A stretch of DNA of 64,000 nucleotides, taken from positions 3,296,001-3,360,000 of the forward strand of contig CP170459.1 in the NCBI GenBank assembly GCA_047947115.1, written 5' to 3'. Shown here one piece after another: positions 51,105-60,855 of the stretch. The translations under genes were made by a program, and so were the position numbers. Below the pieces are notes generated by a model. The model was not told the DNA's origin, searched no databases, and saw nothing but the letters and a program-made list of their open reading frames with translations. The stretch is from Verrucomicrobiota bacterium (lineage in GTDB: Bacteria; Verrucomicrobiota; Verrucomicrobiia; Limisphaerales; AAA164-E04). The first letter of the stretch is position 1. Each line of letters opens with the position of its first letter.

Positions 51105-52613
51105 TCAGGTCAGTGACGCTTTGGATTCTTTCGGATTGCGGCAAAGGATCAAGGACAAACCGACGGCAACTGTCAGGTTGGCGGCCAATCCAAAAAGGCC
51201 CTGGTGAAAGCCGGTTGATTTGATCCATGCGTTGCCATACAGCCCGAAGGTGACGACGAGTCCGGTTATCAATCCCCAGAAGACCGCTGTTCCGGTCAGA
51301 CGACGCCAGTGGAGCCCCAGCATGAATCCCGGAGCCAATTGAACAAGCATGTCGAATTTAAGGTCCAGCAGCTTGACCAGTGTGGGTTTGGTTTCCAGTG
51401 AATTCATGTAGATGGCGACCCCGGCGAGCAGAGCCACCACGATCCAGGAGAGCCATTTTCCGAGCTGGGTCAACCGTTCTTCGCTGGCATTTGGTTGGAT
51501 GAATCCCAAATAAATATCCTTGGTGACCATCGATGAAATGGTCAGCATGCAGGAATCGGCGGTGGACATCAGAGCACCCAGAATGGCCGAGAACAAAACC
51601 ACCACCAACCAATAACCCAGCAGGGAGGATTGCTGCACTTCACGACACAAGATGGTGAGGATGCGGTCGCTCTGCGCTCCATCCAGTCCCGGCACGTACG
51701 CTGCACCGGTGACACCCACCAGCACTGCTATCCAGGCTGTTGTGAGTGGCAAAAAAGCCATGAATATCAAACTGGTTCGTAAAGCTTTGGCGGATCGCGC
51801 GGCGTAGATCCTTTGAACGGCCTGAGGATAAAGAGAAGCACCCAGACCGAAAATGATGACATAACTGAGCCAGTTGCGAGCGCCCATTCCATCTGGTGGC
51901 AGCACTTTTGCCCGATCCGTGTCCGATCCGGCTAGCAGTTTTTGGGTGGTTTCAGCGATCCCTCCGTATTGGGTCCAGATGAGGATGATCAGGACCCCGA
52001 ATCCGATCATCAGGATGGTGCCTTGCAGCACATCCGTCCAGGCCACTGCGCGAAATCCGCCGAGTGTTTCGTAAACCACCATGATCAATGCCAATAGCAC
52101 GACTCCGACGATGTAGGCAGTTTCCGGCGGCATCGTGGTGAGCCCTTGCAGGGCGCGGCCCATGGCCATCAGTTGCGCCAGTAGATAATTGCCCAAAGCC
52201 AGGACCATCAGGATGGGGGCGACGATGTTAATCCCTTTGTGGCGGTACCGGTGGTTCAGGAAATCATTGGGTGTAATGAAACCGTGCCGATGGCTGAGGT
52301 GATGCAGTTGCGGGGCAAAAAGCAGGTAGCCCACTATGATGGCCGTCATGAAATGCACCGACGTGAGCCATGAAAATCCGATCCGGTAAGCTTTGCCGCT
52401 GAACCCGAACATGGTGTTACCGCTGTATTGGGTGGCATACAGGGTCAACAACAGCACCACAACGCCGACTCCCTTGCCGCCCAGATAAAAGTCGCGCAGG
52501 GAATTGTCCTCTCTTGCTCGGCGTCCCATCCAACCGATGCAGAGCAGTCCGAAGAGGTAAAAGGCGATGAAGGTGATCCCCCCCCATCCGAATGGCATCA
52601 CGCTGTCATTCAT
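51105..52613 (-). CDS. Sodium:solute symporter (PanF/PutP family)
   Basis: ATQYSGNT..G..G.AY..G, GGFRAVAWTD.LQG, A.MSTADS; about 13 TM segments. Confidence 0.92.
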   Translation of the reverse strand: MNDSVMPFGWGGITFIAFYLFGLLCIGWMGRRAREDNSLRDFYLGGKGVGVVVLLLTLYATQYSGNTMFGFSGKAYRIGFSWLTSVHFMTAIIVGYLLFAPQLHHLSHRHGFITPNDFLNHRYRHKGINIVAPILMVLALGNYLLAQLMAMGRALQGLTTMPPETAYIVGVVLLALIMVVYETLGGFRAVAWTDVLQGTILMIGFGVLIILIWTQYGGIAETTQKLLAGSDTDRAKVLPPDGMGARNWLSYVIIFGLGASLYPQAVQRIYAARSAKALRTSLIFMAFLPLTTAWIAVLVGVTGAAYVPGLDGAQSDRILTILCREVQQSSLLGYWLVVVLFSAILGALMSTADSCMLTISSMVTKDIYLGFIQPNASEERLTQLGKWLSWIVVALLAGVAIYMNSLETKPTLVKLLDLKFDMLVQLAPGFMLGLHWRRLTGTAVFWGLITGLVVTFGLYGNAWIKSTGFHQGLFGLAANLTVAVGLSLILCRNPKESKASLT

Positions 52614-52891
52614 GAGGGATCCGAGCTTGGTTCATTGCCGTCCTCGCACTCTGAAGGCCAATGGGTCAGGATCAGCCAGGTGGTCAACAAGGAAGCGCCC
52701 AGAGATGCGAGTAGTGAAACACAAGTCCAGGCCGGCATTCCCAACAGTTGTGAGGCATGATCCTCAGGCCAGTACCAGGGAATGCCGATGACAGTCAACA
52801 CGGCATACATCGTCCAAATGCGCCAACAGAGAAATGTTTTCTGCCGTGTGCAACACTCGACTGCCGGTTTTTTAGCCGACAACTCAGCCAT
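52610..52891 (-). CDS. Small membrane partner of the SSS transporter (YhdT/DUF3311-like)
   Basis: IPWYWP....LLGMPAW with two TM segments; ATGA overlap with the symporter; start uncertain. Confidence 0.65.
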   Translation of the reverse strand: MAELSAKKPAVECCTRQKTFLCWRIWTMYAVLTVIGIPWYWPEDHASQLLGMPAWTCVSLLASLGASLLTTWLILTHWPSECEDGNEPSSDPS

Positions 52892-52936
52892 ACCAGTTGA
52901 TGAATTTGTCCAATGTGACTTCGATACCAAAAGGTC

Positions 52937-53734
52937 TTATCTTGCCACCAGTTCCTGGAAGTCGGTGTCGGGTTTGTCGAGGTCCAGCTCTTTGATCCAG
53001 ATGTTGCGATAGCGCACGTCGTGGCCTTCACATTGGAGCTTCAATCCGCCGGGACGATCGGTGATGCCGAGACCGTCGTTGTTGCCGCCGTCGATACCGG
53101 AATTGGGGCCGCCCCAGACTTTGTTGATGGGGAAATTGGTGTGCACTTTCTGCCCGTTGAAGTACATGGTGACCATGGCTTTTTCGGTGCGTTTATTGCC
53201 GTCGAACCGTGCGGCCCGAAAGGTGATGTCGTAAGCGTTCCATTTACCGAGTCCGTTGTAGGCGTGGTAGGGGGATTCGCTCTCGTTGATCACTGCCGCC
53301 ATGCCGTGCTTGGTCTTGTCGCCGTCCAGAACTTGGATCTCGTATCGGTTCTGGAGATAGACTCCGCTGTTGCCGCCCTGGTTGGGGATGAGGAATTCGA
53401 TGTGCAAACGGAAGTCTCGAAATTTCTTTTTGGTGACTATGTCTGCCGTGCCGTACTTACCGCCAGCAGCGACAGGGTCGTCGGTCATCATTGCGGTGCC
53501 GGGATCCACCGGGTCATCGACGATTTTCCATTTGATGGGAAGGCTGGATGCAAAGCGGGGGCCTTCCCAATAGGTCCATTTTTCGTCCAGCATGGAGCGG
53601 CTTCCGTCAAAGTAGATTTCCGCGCCTGCAACAGGTTTGGCGCCCACGCCGATTTCGGCACGGGCCGAGGAGGAGAAGACTGACAAAAGGACGATGCAGA
53701 TCGCTGGTTTCCAAATCAAATAATGTGTTTTCAT
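52937..53734 (-). CDS. DUF1080 (3-keto-disaccharide hydrolase-like) protein
   Basis: F.DFRLHIEF, GNSGVYLQ.RYEIQVLD, WN.YDI.FRA.RF, G.LKLQ.EG..VRYRNIWIKEL. Confidence 0.9.
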   Translation of the reverse strand: MKTHYLIWKPAICIVLLSVFSSSARAEIGVGAKPVAGAEIYFDGSRSMLDEKWTYWEGPRFASSLPIKWKIVDDPVDPGTAMMTDDPVAAGGKYGTADIVTKKKFRDFRLHIEFLIPNQGGNSGVYLQNRYEIQVLDGDKTKHGMAAVINESESPYHAYNGLGKWNAYDITFRAARFDGNKRTEKAMVTMYFNGQKVHTNFPINKVWGGPNSGIDGGNNDGLGITDRPGGLKLQCEGHDVRYRNIWIKELDLDKPDTDFQELVAR

Positions 53735-53818
53735 AAGTTTGAGCGAAAAAATACTGAGGGCATCATTACGCTGAATGCGCCCGGCAGCAAGTAAGATTCT
53801 TGATCGCTGTTTGTGAGA

Positions 53819-53995
53819 CTAAAATTCGCCTCTAAGCACCAGAGCCTGACAGAAGACCAGATCGGCTCCTTTGGTCTGCATGCCCGGGATGCCGTGCAGT
53901 TCGTAGCCTTTTTTCAGCAGTTCGTTGACTTGGGATTCCAAATCATCACCTGAGTTGGTGACGATCATTTTGTATTCCTGGATTTTGTGACTCAT
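53819..53995 (-). CDS. Small DUF1737-like protein (58 aa, below the ORF-track cutoff)
   Basis: Manual translation: MSHKIQEYKMIVTNSGDDLESQVNELLKKGYELHGIPGMQTKGADLVFCQALVLRGEF*. Confidence 0.7.
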   Translation of the reverse strand: MSHKIQEYKMIVTNSGDDLESQVNELLKKGYELHGIPGMQTKGADLVFCQALVLRGEF

Positions 53996-54166
53996 GAGCT
54001 TGTGTGGGTTAACCGTGTCTCTCTTGCTTTAACAAATCCAACGGGGCATGTTTCAGGAAATCCTGTTGCCTAACCATTCCCCTTGTTTTGACGGATAGAA
54101 CAGTCCAGACTTGTTTGATCCTGATATTTTTCCTGAATGACTGCAGTATGCCCCTATTTGAGTGCA

Positions 54167-56473
54167 ATGAGCAAGTATTTCGTTAAGATGGTCCTTCTTC
54201 TGGCATGGTTGATCTTTTCGGGTTGTGACGCGCCTGTGCCTCCTCTGATCGAACGATCCGGCGGAGGCAAGCAGAATGCTGAAGCATGGCCTCTTTCTGT
54301 GGATCATGCTGCAAGACGCGCCGAATTGGATCGTGGCCCCCTGGTATCTGAAATGGAATCGGCGATATATGAACAATTCTTGAATGCCATTTGGGATGAT
54401 TTTAACCGGACGGTGGGACAATGGCAGACCTTTCGCTCGATACACATGCCTTCTCTCAGTTTCGGAACTTGGGGAATTTCACGGGAATTGGAACACCATA
54501 TTCAGCAGTCTGTCATGAACGATGCATCAAAAGTCCATTGGGGGGATGACCAATGGAAAGTCTGGTTGGATGAGCTGGAATCGAACAATATCCGGCTGGA
54601 ACAGATGCAGTGGCGTCATGTCGGGTTTGATCCATCGCAAAAGAACCGTCCTGTGTCTCGAGTGAGATTCGAATTTCACGCCCGCCGAAGCGAACCTCAT
54701 CGTCGCTGGATTTTGCGAGGTTTGCTTGGAGTGGCGTGGATTCCGCCTGTTGGCCAGGGAGCATTTCCCGAAGTATCCCGCGTCGAAGTGTTGGATGCGG
54801 AATTGTTGCAGCGCGAAGGTCTGCCTCCTTTTGAGCACGTCGTCGCGGCCGACATTTCTCCTGCCGATCAAGATTTGGTCCTGGAACCGAATTTACAGGC
54901 TGTGGATTTGAACGCAGACGGATTGTCCGAACTGATGGTGTCCCGCATCAATCGGGTGTTTTGGAACAGTGGGCAGGGGAAGTTCCGCACAGGCAGCATG
55001 GTCGAGTTTCCAATCGAGCATTTTCATCAGGGAGTGTTGGCTGATTTCAACGGGGATGGGTTGCTGGATTTTCTGGCGGTGTCAACTGAAGGACTGGGGC
55101 TTTACGCCGGTGACGGGAAAGGAGCCTTTTCCGAAGCCCCCATGCGACAAGCTCTTTTTGGGGATGCGCTCAAGAATCCTTTCGTTTTGACGGCCGGAGA
55201 TATCGATGGAGACGGGGATCTGGATGTTTGGCTTGGTCAATACAAAGTGCCTTATCAAAACGGTCAGATGCCAACTCCCTTTTATGACGCCAATGACGGT
55301 CACCCGTCCTTTTTGTTGCGGAACGACGGACTTGGGAGATTCACCGATATAACGTCCGGTTCCGGTTTGGAGGCGAAACGTTTTCGGCGCACTTACAGCG
55401 GTTCCCTCGTGGACCTGGATCAGGATCGTGATTTGGATCTTCTGGTTGTGAGCGATTTTGCAGGCGCGGATGTTTACCTCAATCAAGGAGACGGAACCTT
55501 TGAAGACGTCACCGCCCCCTGGCTGGGAGTAAGTCAGGGATTCGGGATGGCGCATGCCTTCGGGGATTGGAATGAGGATGGTTATCTGGATTTTTTAATG
55601 ATTGGGATGCATTCCTCCGCCGCCCAGCGCATGCAAACGCTTGGAATCCGGCTGACCCAAGACCCAAACGAAGTTTCCATGAAAGAGGCAATGTCCTTTG
55701 GTAACCGCGTGTTCTATGGTGCCCCAGATGGATTCAGTCAACAGGGCGGGTTTTCTCCCGTTCACCAAACCGGGTGGTCTTGGGGGGTGGCGAGTTTGGA
55801 CTTTGATTTGGATGGAGATGAGGACATTTACATCGTCAATGGGCATATATCCGGTGCCCGAACGCACGATTATGAAGCTGAATTCTGGCGCGAAGACCTA
55901 TTCATGGGGGATTCGCAGGATGACCCTGCTCTCAATGATTACATTGAATCCAAACAACTTCGTTATCAGCAATCCGGCGCGTCCTACGGGGGCTATGAGC
56001 GAAATCGTTTTTTCCTGAATCTTGATGGCAGGGAGTGGGTGGAAGTGGCTTATCTTTTCGGACTTTCGATGGGAGAAGACTGTCGAAATGTGGTGAGCGC
56101 TGATCTGGACGGGAACGGATTGCCGGATTTGGCCGTGACCACCTTCGAGCTATGGCCAGATGAAAAACAGGTCCTCCATTTGTTTCCGAATTTCTATCAA
56201 TCAGAGCATGAGTGGGTTGGGGTGAATCTGCTGCACGATAAAGAATTTCCGCCATTGATGGGGGCGCAGTTGAAGATTGAGACCAACCGGCGTGTACATA
56301 CGCATCACATTGTCTCAGGAGATGGGTATCGTACCCAGTCACCTTATCAGTATGTCCTTGGATTGAGAGATTCAGAGCATGTTCAAACAATGGTTGTGGA
56401 ATGGCCGAACGGTCAATCAGTTGCTGTAGATCGTGTGAAAGTTAATGAATATAATGTGGTTGGGACGAAATGA
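54167..56473 (+). CDS. CRTAC1/ASPIC-UnbV lipoprotein
   Basis: FSGC lipobox; DxDGDGDLD repeats; GWSWG, NGH, SGDGYRTQS, WPNG. Confidence 0.88.
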   Translation: MSKYFVKMVLLLAWLIFSGCDAPVPPLIERSGGGKQNAEAWPLSVDHAARRAELDRGPLVSEMESAIYEQFLNAIWDDFNRTVGQWQTFRSIHMPSLSFGTWGISRELEHHIQQSVMNDASKVHWGDDQWKVWLDELESNNIRLEQMQWRHVGFDPSQKNRPVSRVRFEFHARRSEPHRRWILRGLLGVAWIPPVGQGAFPEVSRVEVLDAELLQREGLPPFEHVVAADISPADQDLVLEPNLQAVDLNADGLSELMVSRINRVFWNSGQGKFRTGSMVEFPIEHFHQGVLADFNGDGLLDFLAVSTEGLGLYAGDGKGAFSEAPMRQALFGDALKNPFVLTAGDIDGDGDLDVWLGQYKVPYQNGQMPTPFYDANDGHPSFLLRNDGLGRFTDITSGSGLEAKRFRRTYSGSLVDLDQDRDLDLLVVSDFAGADVYLNQGDGTFEDVTAPWLGVSQGFGMAHAFGDWNEDGYLDFLMIGMHSSAAQRMQTLGIRLTQDPNEVSMKEAMSFGNRVFYGAPDGFSQQGGFSPVHQTGWSWGVASLDFDLDGDEDIYIVNGHISGARTHDYEAEFWREDLFMGDSQDDPALNDYIESKQLRYQQSGASYGGYERNRFFLNLDGREWVEVAYLFGLSMGEDCRNVVSADLDGNGLPDLAVTTFELWPDEKQVLHLFPNFYQSEHEWVGVNLLHDKEFPPLMGAQLKIETNRRVHTHHIVSGDGYRTQSPYQYVLGLRDSEHVQTMVVEWPNGQSVAVDRVKVNEYNVVGTK

Positions 56474-56642
56474 ATGTCTGAGCCCGCTCGATTTGGTAAG
56501 GGGTTTATCGTGGACGGAGCCGAGTTCAGAAATCGGGTTGATAGCCGCGTGACTGTGACTGAAGCCGGTGGAGATGCGCTTGAAAGGGGTTTCAAATAAA
56601 ATGACGCTTTCCTTCGGTATGCCAGATGGTAAGATCCTGTGC

Positions 56643-57893
56643 ATGACAGAGGTTGCAGCAACCAAACCCAAAAAGATCAATTTACGACGTCCGGACGTTA
56701 TGAAAGAGGTGCAGGCGGAAGTGGTGACCCATTACCGAAGCACCTTGGTGGAATACATTCGAGAACATGACAATCGGGTGGTGGTCCCTGGTCGGATGAC
56801 CATTCGTCTGGCAAAGCAATTTGGCTTTTGTTACGGGGTGGAGCGGGCGATTGATCTTGCTTACGCGGCTCGGAAGGTGTTTCCGGAGCCCAAACGGATC
56901 TTTTTGCTGGGCGAAATTATTCATAATCCCGAGGTTAATGAGCAGATAGAGCAAATGGGCATCCGGGCCATTGCCAGTCGTCCATCGCAGGAGGAATTGG
57001 AGGATTTGACGGCGGATGATGTTGTGATCATTCCCGCTTTTGGCACCGAAGTCAGCACGCGTCAGGCCATTCAGGAAAAGGGGTGCTTGATGGTGGACAC
57101 AACCTGCGGGGATGTGATGAGCGTCTGGAAACGTGTGAAGCAATATTCCAAGGACCAGGTCACCAGTATCATTCATGGAAAGGCCTGGCATGAAGAGACC
57201 AAGGCGACCAGTTCCCAGGCCACGGCTGCCAATGGACATTATCTGGTGGTCTTTACCCTCGAGGAAACAGAGCGCATCTGTGATTACATTTTGAATGGAG
57301 GCGACAAGGAAGCCTTTCTGGAATCGTTCAAAGGAGCTTATTCGGATGGGTTTGATCCTGATGTTCATCTCAATGCGGTGGGAGTGGCCAATCAGACCAC
57401 CATGTTGCGAGGGGAGACAGAAGAGGTGCAGCGACGATTGAAAGACGCTCTCGAAAAAAAATACGGAACCAAGGATCTGGATCAACACTTCCGTTACTTT
57501 GATACCATCTGCAGCGCGACGCAGGATCGTCAGGATGCATTAGGCAAATTGTTGAAAGAGCCCATGGATCTTTTGATTGTGGTGGGTGGATACAACTCCA
57601 GCAATACGTCTCATCTGGCTGAAATGGGTGAGGCCAAGCTGCCTACCTATTTTATTAAGAATGCCGCCAAGATGGAATCGGCAGAAGTGATCAGTCATTT
57701 CAATCAGCACAAACAGGAAGAATTGAGGACCAGAAACTGGCTGCCAGAGGGCGACATCGTCATCGGCATCACGGCAGGCGCCAGTTGTCCGAACAATTTG
57801 ATTGAAGATGCGATTCGACGATTGTTTGAGTTGAAATCGGTGCCTCTTGCAATGGCGTTTCCCGAGGAAGTGATCAGCATTTCCAAGCCTTGA
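56643..57893 (+). CDS. ispH: 4-hydroxy-3-methylbut-2-enyl diphosphate reductase
   Basis: FGFCYGVERA, EIIHNP, DTTC, DTIC.ATQDRQ, VGGYNSSNT, GITAGASCP. Confidence 0.96.
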   Translation: MTEVAATKPKKINLRRPDVMKEVQAEVVTHYRSTLVEYIREHDNRVVVPGRMTIRLAKQFGFCYGVERAIDLAYAARKVFPEPKRIFLLGEIIHNPEVNEQIEQMGIRAIASRPSQEELEDLTADDVVIIPAFGTEVSTRQAIQEKGCLMVDTTCGDVMSVWKRVKQYSKDQVTSIIHGKAWHEETKATSSQATAANGHYLVVFTLEETERICDYILNGGDKEAFLESFKGAYSDGFDPDVHLNAVGVANQTTMLRGETEEVQRRLKDALEKKYGTKDLDQHFRYFDTICSATQDRQDALGKLLKEPMDLLIVVGGYNSSNTSHLAEMGEAKLPTYFIKNAAKMESAEVISHFNQHKQEELRTRNWLPEGDIVIGITAGASCPNNLIEDAIRRLFELKSVPLAMAFPEEVISISKP

Positions 57894-57898
57894 TCCCT

Positions 57899-59137
57899 AT
57901 GCCCTGTGATCGGCTGGAATTGGAAAAACGGGAGCAAGGGATTCTTGCTCCGTATGCGCAGCTCAGTTGCGAAAGTCTGGGGCGTGTCCATCCCGAGGAT
58001 TCGCCGGAGTGGCGTACCGAGTTTCAACGCGATCGGGATCGAGTGATCCATTCGCGTGCGTTTCGTCGTCTGGAATACAAGACCCAGGTATTTCTGAACG
58101 GAACGGGGGATCACCTGCGGACCCGCCTCACCCATACGATGGAAGTCGCCGGTATTGCCCGGAATATTGCCCGAGCCTTGCGGCTGAACGAGGATCTATG
58201 CGAGACAGTGGCTTTGGCGCATGATCTGGGCCATGCTCCCTTCGGGCACAAGGGGGAGGAAGCGTTGAACCAATTGATGATCGATCACGGCGGTTTTGAA
58301 CACAATGTGCAGAGCCTCCGAATCGTCGAAGAGCTGGAACAAAAGTATCCGGGTTTTCCCGGTCTCAACCTTACCTGGGAAACCAGAGAAGGCCTGGCCA
58401 AACACTACCTGTTCAAGGGAGGAGTCAAACCTGAGATGACCGGCTCTTTCAAACAACCTTCCCTTGAAGCACAGGTGGCTAATCTGGCGGATGAGATCGC
58501 TTATTACAGCCATGATCTGGACGACGGTTTGGAATCCGGTCTGATTAACGAATCCCATCTCAATCAACACGTGGAAATCTGGAGACTCTCCTGTGATCAG
58601 GTGCAAAAGCACACCTCTTCGCTCAGTAAGGAGGGGCGGCGATATTTCGTGATCCGGTGTTTGATTGATGACATGGCAAAAGATGTGGTGTTGACGACCG
58701 AGCAACGCATTGAAGCGTCCGGTGTTCGGCATGCCAACGAAGTCAGATGCCTGACTGGAAAACTGGTGGATTACAGCTTTGAGCGCAAGCGCTGGAATGC
58801 CGAGTTGCGCGAATATCTTTACCGAAACCTTTATTACAACCCCATCGTACATGAACCCAATTTGAAGGCGGTTCGGATGTTGGTTCCTTTGTTTCATTAT
58901 TACATGGAACATCCGGATCAAATGGGGGCACAATTCGGCAGGCAGGATGTGGAGCAGGGGCGTCCGCGGGCGGTCTGCAATTACCTTGCGGGCATGACCG
59001 ATCGTTTTGTCATGCTTGAATGTCAGCGCCTCTTTGGTGCCGAGACCGAGCAGGGGGAAGGGGTGGGGGGATTGCCCCATCCGGTTGAGACTCTCAAATC
59101 TAAACAGGCAACGCACAGTGGCAATCAGCCATCTTAG
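57899..59137 (+). CDS. dgt: Deoxyguanosinetriphosphate triphosphohydrolase
   Basis: RTEFQRDRDRVIHSRAFRRLEYKTQVF, RTRLTHT.EVA, AHDLGHAPFGH.GE, ADEIAY..HDLDDG, AGMTDRF. Confidence 0.93.
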   Translation: MPCDRLELEKREQGILAPYAQLSCESLGRVHPEDSPEWRTEFQRDRDRVIHSRAFRRLEYKTQVFLNGTGDHLRTRLTHTMEVAGIARNIARALRLNEDLCETVALAHDLGHAPFGHKGEEALNQLMIDHGGFEHNVQSLRIVEELEQKYPGFPGLNLTWETREGLAKHYLFKGGVKPEMTGSFKQPSLEAQVANLADEIAYYSHDLDDGLESGLINESHLNQHVEIWRLSCDQVQKHTSSLSKEGRRYFVIRCLIDDMAKDVVLTTEQRIEASGVRHANEVRCLTGKLVDYSFERKRWNAELREYLYRNLYYNPIVHEPNLKAVRMLVPLFHYYMEHPDQMGAQFGRQDVEQGRPRAVCNYLAGMTDRFVMLECQRLFGAETEQGEGVGGLPHPVETLKSKQATHSGNQPS

Positions 59138-59151
59138 AACGATGAACAAAA

Positions 59152-60798
59152 ATGAAACGGGAATTCAATAAACAGTGGATTTCATGGGGCGCTTTCGTCC
59201 TGACTTTTCTGTGGGTGTTGCTGCCTGAAAGTTGGCAGGGGCCGGCGGTGATATGGCCCAGTCTGATTGCTGTTGCCCTGGCTTTCCTAACCAGGGACAT
59301 ATACATTTCCCTTTTTGTGGGCGCTTTTTCAGGGGCCATCCTTTTGAAGGACGGTCATGTGATCAAAGGTTTCATAGCCTTGTTTGCCGAGCATTTGATA
59401 CCGGTGCTGGCAGATCCCTGGAAGGTTTGTGTGATTTTGTTTTCCTTTATGATGGGCGGTTTTGTGGAGGTGCTCAATCGCAATGGCAGCATGCAGGCAT
59501 TGGCGCATCGGTTTCTTGGTCAGAATGCTTCCCGGCGTCGGGCGGGCATGGGAGCTTTCGCCATGGGTTGGGTCGTGTTTTTTGATGGTTTGGCCAATTG
59601 CATGCTCGTCGGTAAAACCATGCGTGCCGTGACGGATCGAGCGGGTATCTCAAGGGAAAAACTGGCCTTCATTGTAGATTCCACGGCTTCTCCTATTGCC
59701 TCCTTTGCACTGGTCTCGACCTGGATTGCCACGGAGATGGGATTGATTCTTGCCGGATTCGAGAATGCCAATGTCACCTCCATGACGCCCGAGATTTCTC
59801 CCTACAAGTTGTTGATAGAAAGTCTGCCTTTTCGGTTTTATAACTATTTTGCCCTGATCATGGTTTTCCTGACCATATGGCTGGGACGTGAATATGGTCC
59901 GATGCTTCAGGCAGAACGCCGAAAGAAAACATCCGGTCCTGTACGATCGACGCCCCGGCAAGTGCCTCTGGACAACAAAGGGATCGCTGTTGCGGTGGTT
60001 TCATTACTTGTATTGGTGCTGGGGGTTTTCGTCGGCCTTTATGTCGAAGGGGGCGGACTGCAGGAGTCCTTGAGTGTTTCCGGGTTGATTCAGGTTTTTG
60101 GGCGGGCGCGGGCGGATGTCGTGTTCATTTGCGCAACGGCTCTGGCGGTCATCGTGGCGCTTTTATTGACCCGGTTTGTGCTTCCGGACCGAAGCAAAGG
60201 ATCACCCGTTCAGGCTTTTTTCGAAGGGATGCAACACATGTTCATGCCTATGTTGATTCTCATTTTCGCCTTTATGCTGAGTGATGTGATCCGGGAACTT
60301 GAAACCGCCCAATGGCTGGTGGGCATGTTGGGTAGTTGGCTTCCGGCGGCCACCTTGCCGGTGCTGGTTTTTCTGCTTGCAGCCTTGATGTCGTTCAGCA
60401 CCGGAACCTCCTGGGGCACGATGGGAGTGTTGATGCCTTTGGCGATTCCGATTGCTTTGAGTTTGACCGGCTGGGAACCTGGTCAATCGGTGAATCAAGT
60501 CGTGATAGCAACGATTGGATCCGTCCTGGCGGGATCGGTCTTCGGGGATCACTGTTCACCTATCAGTGACACCACGATTGTGTCTTCTTTCTCCAGTGGG
60601 TGTGATCCCATGGACCATGTGCGCACACAGATGCCTTATGCTTTGGTGGCGGGTGGAATGGCTGTTGTGTTGGGCTATTTGCCTGCGGGGTTTGGCGTGA
60701 GTGCATGGATTTTGTTGCCTCTTGGAGTGATGGGTTGCTGGGCTTGGTTACGGTATCAGGGCGAACCGGTCACCCCTGAAACCACAAGAGATTCATGA
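59152..60798 (+). CDS. Na+/H+ antiporter NhaC-family protein
   Basis: SREKLAFIVDSTASP, SFSTGTSWGT.G, G.VFGDHCSPISDTTI.SS..SGCD..DHV.TQ.PYA. Confidence 0.92.
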   Translation: MKREFNKQWISWGAFVLTFLWVLLPESWQGPAVIWPSLIAVALAFLTRDIYISLFVGAFSGAILLKDGHVIKGFIALFAEHLIPVLADPWKVCVILFSFMMGGFVEVLNRNGSMQALAHRFLGQNASRRRAGMGAFAMGWVVFFDGLANCMLVGKTMRAVTDRAGISREKLAFIVDSTASPIASFALVSTWIATEMGLILAGFENANVTSMTPEISPYKLLIESLPFRFYNYFALIMVFLTIWLGREYGPMLQAERRKKTSGPVRSTPRQVPLDNKGIAVAVVSLLVLVLGVFVGLYVEGGGLQESLSVSGLIQVFGRARADVVFICATALAVIVALLLTRFVLPDRSKGSPVQAFFEGMQHMFMPMLILIFAFMLSDVIRELETAQWLVGMLGSWLPAATLPVLVFLLAALMSFSTGTSWGTMGVLMPLAIPIALSLTGWEPGQSVNQVVIATIGSVLAGSVFGDHCSPISDTTIVSSFSSGCDPMDHVRTQMPYALVAGGMAVVLGYLPAGFGVSAWILLPLGVMGCWAWLRYQGEPVTPETTRDS

Positions 60799-60855
60799 AA
60801 GGTTTCTGAGTCGTCTTTTCAGGCAAGCCTGGTGTATCAATAGAGCCAAATAAAC

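Noticed and set aside
56682..59149. Long antisense ORFs (268 aa and 317 aa; similar ones at 19870, 20664, 27133 and 53021)
   Set aside because: These are shadows of well-supported genes on the opposite strand, with no protein motifs
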